This document shows, in pieces, positions 61,766 to 64,000 of a DNA stretch of 64,000 nucleotides; position 1 is the first letter of the stretch; each line of letters starts with the position of its first letter. The stretch lies in contig JAVJWO010000153.1 in NCBI GenBank assembly GCA_040222015.1, positions 32,001 to 96,000 on the forward strand. Direction: 5' to 3'. The DNA is from Coleofasciculus chthonoplastes F2-STO-03. GTDB lineage: Bacteria; Cyanobacteriota; Cyanobacteriia; Cyanobacteriales; Coleofasciculaceae. Made by a program: the position numbers and the translations under genes. A model generated the notes under the pieces. The model was not told the origin of the DNA. It did no database searches and saw only the letters and a list, made by a program, of their open reading frames with translations.

Positions 61766-63505
61766 ATGAAATCAACGCTCGTGTGGAAAACACTGCAACT
61801 CAGTTCCGCCCTACTTGGACTCTCCCTATTTGTTGCTAACAATGCTGATGCAGAGATTCCTAACCCAACAGCAAGCACTCGCGAATCTACAGTAGAACTT
61901 AATCACCAGTTATCTGAAACGTCAGTAGAAATTGATTCTATTCAAATCGCTTCCGATGTTAGTCCAGCCTTAAGTCCGACCGATACTACTGCTGATTCTA
62001 ATCGGGAACTCTTAGAACAAATCCAACGCTACAGTGGTGAAAATGGAGTCGAATCCCTCGACCAAGTAACCAGTGTCGGTCAACTGCGAGATGTGTCTCC
62101 GGGGGATTGGGCGTATGAAGCGCTGCGAAGTTTAGTAGAACGCTACGGTTGTATTGCTGGGTATCCAGATGGCACCTATCGGGGTAATCGCGCCCTGACT
62201 CGTTACGAATTTGCGGCGGGTTTAAATGCCTGTTTAAACCAAATTGAGCGTTTGATTGGTACGGGTGGTTTTGATGAAACTGAGTTAGAAACCCTGCGGC
62301 GGTTAATTCAGGAATTTGAAGCGGAATTGGCAACCTTAGGCGCACGGGTAGATAACCTGGAAGGGCGCGTGGCATTTTTGGAAGACAATCAGTTCTCTAC
62401 TACCACCAAACTGAAAGGAGAAGTTATTTTTAACCTGGCGAGTGCCTTTGGAGATGAAAAAGCGGATAGCGATGAAGATGTGGATGACAATCTTACCTTC
62501 AGTCATCGGACTCGTTTAAACTTTGATACCAGCTTCATGGGAGAAGATCGCTTAAGAGTTCGCTTACAAGCAGGAAATACGCCTGAATTTGATGTAGCGA
62601 CGGGAACAGAAATGGCTCGTCAAGGGTTTGAATCGTTTACTGGTGATGATGGTAATGATGTTATCGTCAATGATTTATATTACCGTTTCCCTCTGGGCGA
62701 TAAAATCCGGCTTTTGGTCGGTGCTAATGGCTTTGATTTCAATGACATCGCAGAAATTCACAACCCTATTCTTGAAAGTAGTGGCACAGGTGCTTTAAAT
62801 CGGTTCAATCGCCGCAATCCTTTTGTCTTCCGGAATAATGCTGAACAAGGCGTGGGTGCCAATATTCAGCTTAGCGATTCCCTGAGTTTAGATTTGGGGT
62901 ATTTGACGGGTGAAAGTAACAGTCCACTCGATAAGGATGGATTGTTTAATGGGGACTTCACCGCCATGTCTCAGTTGAATCTAGCACTGGGAGAAAAACT
63001 AGATTTAGGGTTTGCCTTTGGCTATTCCTACTATCCGGGAGAAGATGTCAATTTGTCAGGTAGTACAGGTAGTCCACTGGCAAAAGAACCATTTGGCGAA
63101 ATTGCCACTTCTGCTCTACGTTTCGGCATTCAAGGTAGCTGGCGGGTGGCTCCGAAGATCAACATTGCTGGTTGGGGTGGTTACATCAATGCAGAAGCTG
63201 AAGCGGGTGACCGAGAAGGGGATAACGCTGAGTTATGGACTTGGATGGGGAATGTCTCTTTCCTTGACTTAGGTAAAGAGGGTGCTGCTTTTTCAGTTGC
63301 TGCAGGTATACCGCCTAAACTTACTGATGTCGATGGTGGTCTTGATGATGATGATACCTCTTTCTTAATTGAGGCACAGTATCAGTATCCGATTACCGAT
63401 AATATCTTGTTTACGCCAGGAGTTTATGTGATTTTAAATCCAAATCATGATGATGGAAATGATGATATTTGGGTCGGCACAATCCGCACGACGTTTAGTT
63501 TCTAA
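61766..63505 (+). CDS. SLH-domain OprB/Som-type outer membrane porin (tandem paralogue)
   Basis: Same SLH and coiled-coil motifs; terminal IRTTFSF. Confidence 0.95.
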   Translation: MKSTLVWKTLQLSSALLGLSLFVANNADAEIPNPTASTRESTVELNHQLSETSVEIDSIQIASDVSPALSPTDTTADSNRELLEQIQRYSGENGVESLDQVTSVGQLRDVSPGDWAYEALRSLVERYGCIAGYPDGTYRGNRALTRYEFAAGLNACLNQIERLIGTGGFDETELETLRRLIQEFEAELATLGARVDNLEGRVAFLEDNQFSTTTKLKGEVIFNLASAFGDEKADSDEDVDDNLTFSHRTRLNFDTSFMGEDRLRVRLQAGNTPEFDVATGTEMARQGFESFTGDDGNDVIVNDLYYRFPLGDKIRLLVGANGFDFNDIAEIHNPILESSGTGALNRFNRRNPFVFRNNAEQGVGANIQLSDSLSLDLGYLTGESNSPLDKDGLFNGDFTAMSQLNLALGEKLDLGFAFGYSYYPGEDVNLSGSTGSPLAKEPFGEIATSALRFGIQGSWRVAPKINIAGWGGYINAEAEAGDREGDNAELWTWMGNVSFLDLGKEGAAFSVAAGIPPKLTDVDGGLDDDDTSFLIEAQYQYPITDNILFTPGVYVILNPNHDDGNDDIWVGTIRTTFSF

Positions 63506-63536
63506 TCATTCAAGAGATTGTTAGCAATATTAAATA

Positions 63537-63569
63537 AGATACCCGACTTCTTGAAGAAGTCGGGTATCT
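63537..63569. terminator. Palindrome between convergent genes (REP or terminator)
   Basis: AGATACCCGACTTCTT-G-AAGAAGTCGGGTATCT. Confidence 0.65.
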
Positions 63570-63657
63570 AGTAGAATTTTCTTAACAAAGGACGTAGCTT
63601 GCTTCACGAGAAGCAAGTATGACAAATGACAAAGGACGAATGACAAAGGACAATACT

Positions 63658-63999
63658 TTACCTAACCGCCATACCCTTAATAAACCATTGACCGTCTTGA
63701 CGCACCAACTCATACTGAACCCGCAGATTCTCATCGTATGAAAGTGCCTGATTAATTTCACCATTTTGATAGAAACGGGCTTCTTCTTTAACCGCTGCTT
63801 CTACCTTCGCTTGGTCAGAATTAGCCGGATTTGTTTGCACAGATGTTACTTTAACCTGGTGATTATACTGTGTATAAATGTTCCGTTGCTGATTGGTTTG
63901 CGCCCGTCTCCGCCAAACAGACAAAATCGGATTGACTAGAATTTGATCTAATCGATCAATTTGGTAATCGGGTCCGAACGCTTGAGATTTCGTCGAAAG
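63658..63999 (-). CDS. ARC6/Ftn2-type IMS (DUF4101) C-terminal domain, 5'-partial
   Basis: Frame open to the window end: LSTKSQAFGPDYQIDRLDQIL...VEAAVKE...LRVQYELVRQDGQWFI. Confidence 0.75.
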   Translation of the reverse strand, partial: LSTKSQAFGPDYQIDRLDQILVNPILSVWRRRAQTNQQRNIYTQYNHQVKVTSVQTNPANSDQAKVEAAVKEEARFYQNGEINQALSYDENLRVQYELVRQDGQWFIKGMAVR

Positions 64000-64000
64000 C

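Overview
Chromosomal segment of a filamentous cyanobacterium. It has abundant HIP1 GCGATCGC sites, STRR heptamer tracts and REP-like palindromes, and a Coleofasciculus/Oscillatoriales-like origin is my inference. Core genes: galT (partial), pds-crtB, mnmE, pdhC, the pncB-nadD-nrtR NAD salvage operon, rpaB, radA, a phosphate cluster (sphR-sphS ... phoU, phoX, two SLH/OprB porins), probable ftn6 and ftn2 (partial), and a 50-aa AtpTheta-like ORF missing from the ORF track. Two candidate defence/conflict modules are the most notable content. (1) A small hydrophobic EACC1-like protein is coupled to a CHAT(caspase)-STAND-TPR NLR-like protein with near-identical 120-bp repeats, inside a 7.4-kb accessory block that splits sphS from phoU. 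(2) An AT-rich ABC-ATPase(DUF3696) plus TOPRIM-like nuclease pair has a nuclease frameshifted exactly where the DxD motif should be, next to a degenerate dusA fragment. Also present: IS607, IS605/tnpB and IS1634 remnants, MITEs, a mosaic of truncated genes, a 44-bp tandem array, Pho boxes and Yfr1-type target sites. No CRISPR array, tRNA or rRNA was found. All family calls come from motif recognition by eye, with no database searches.
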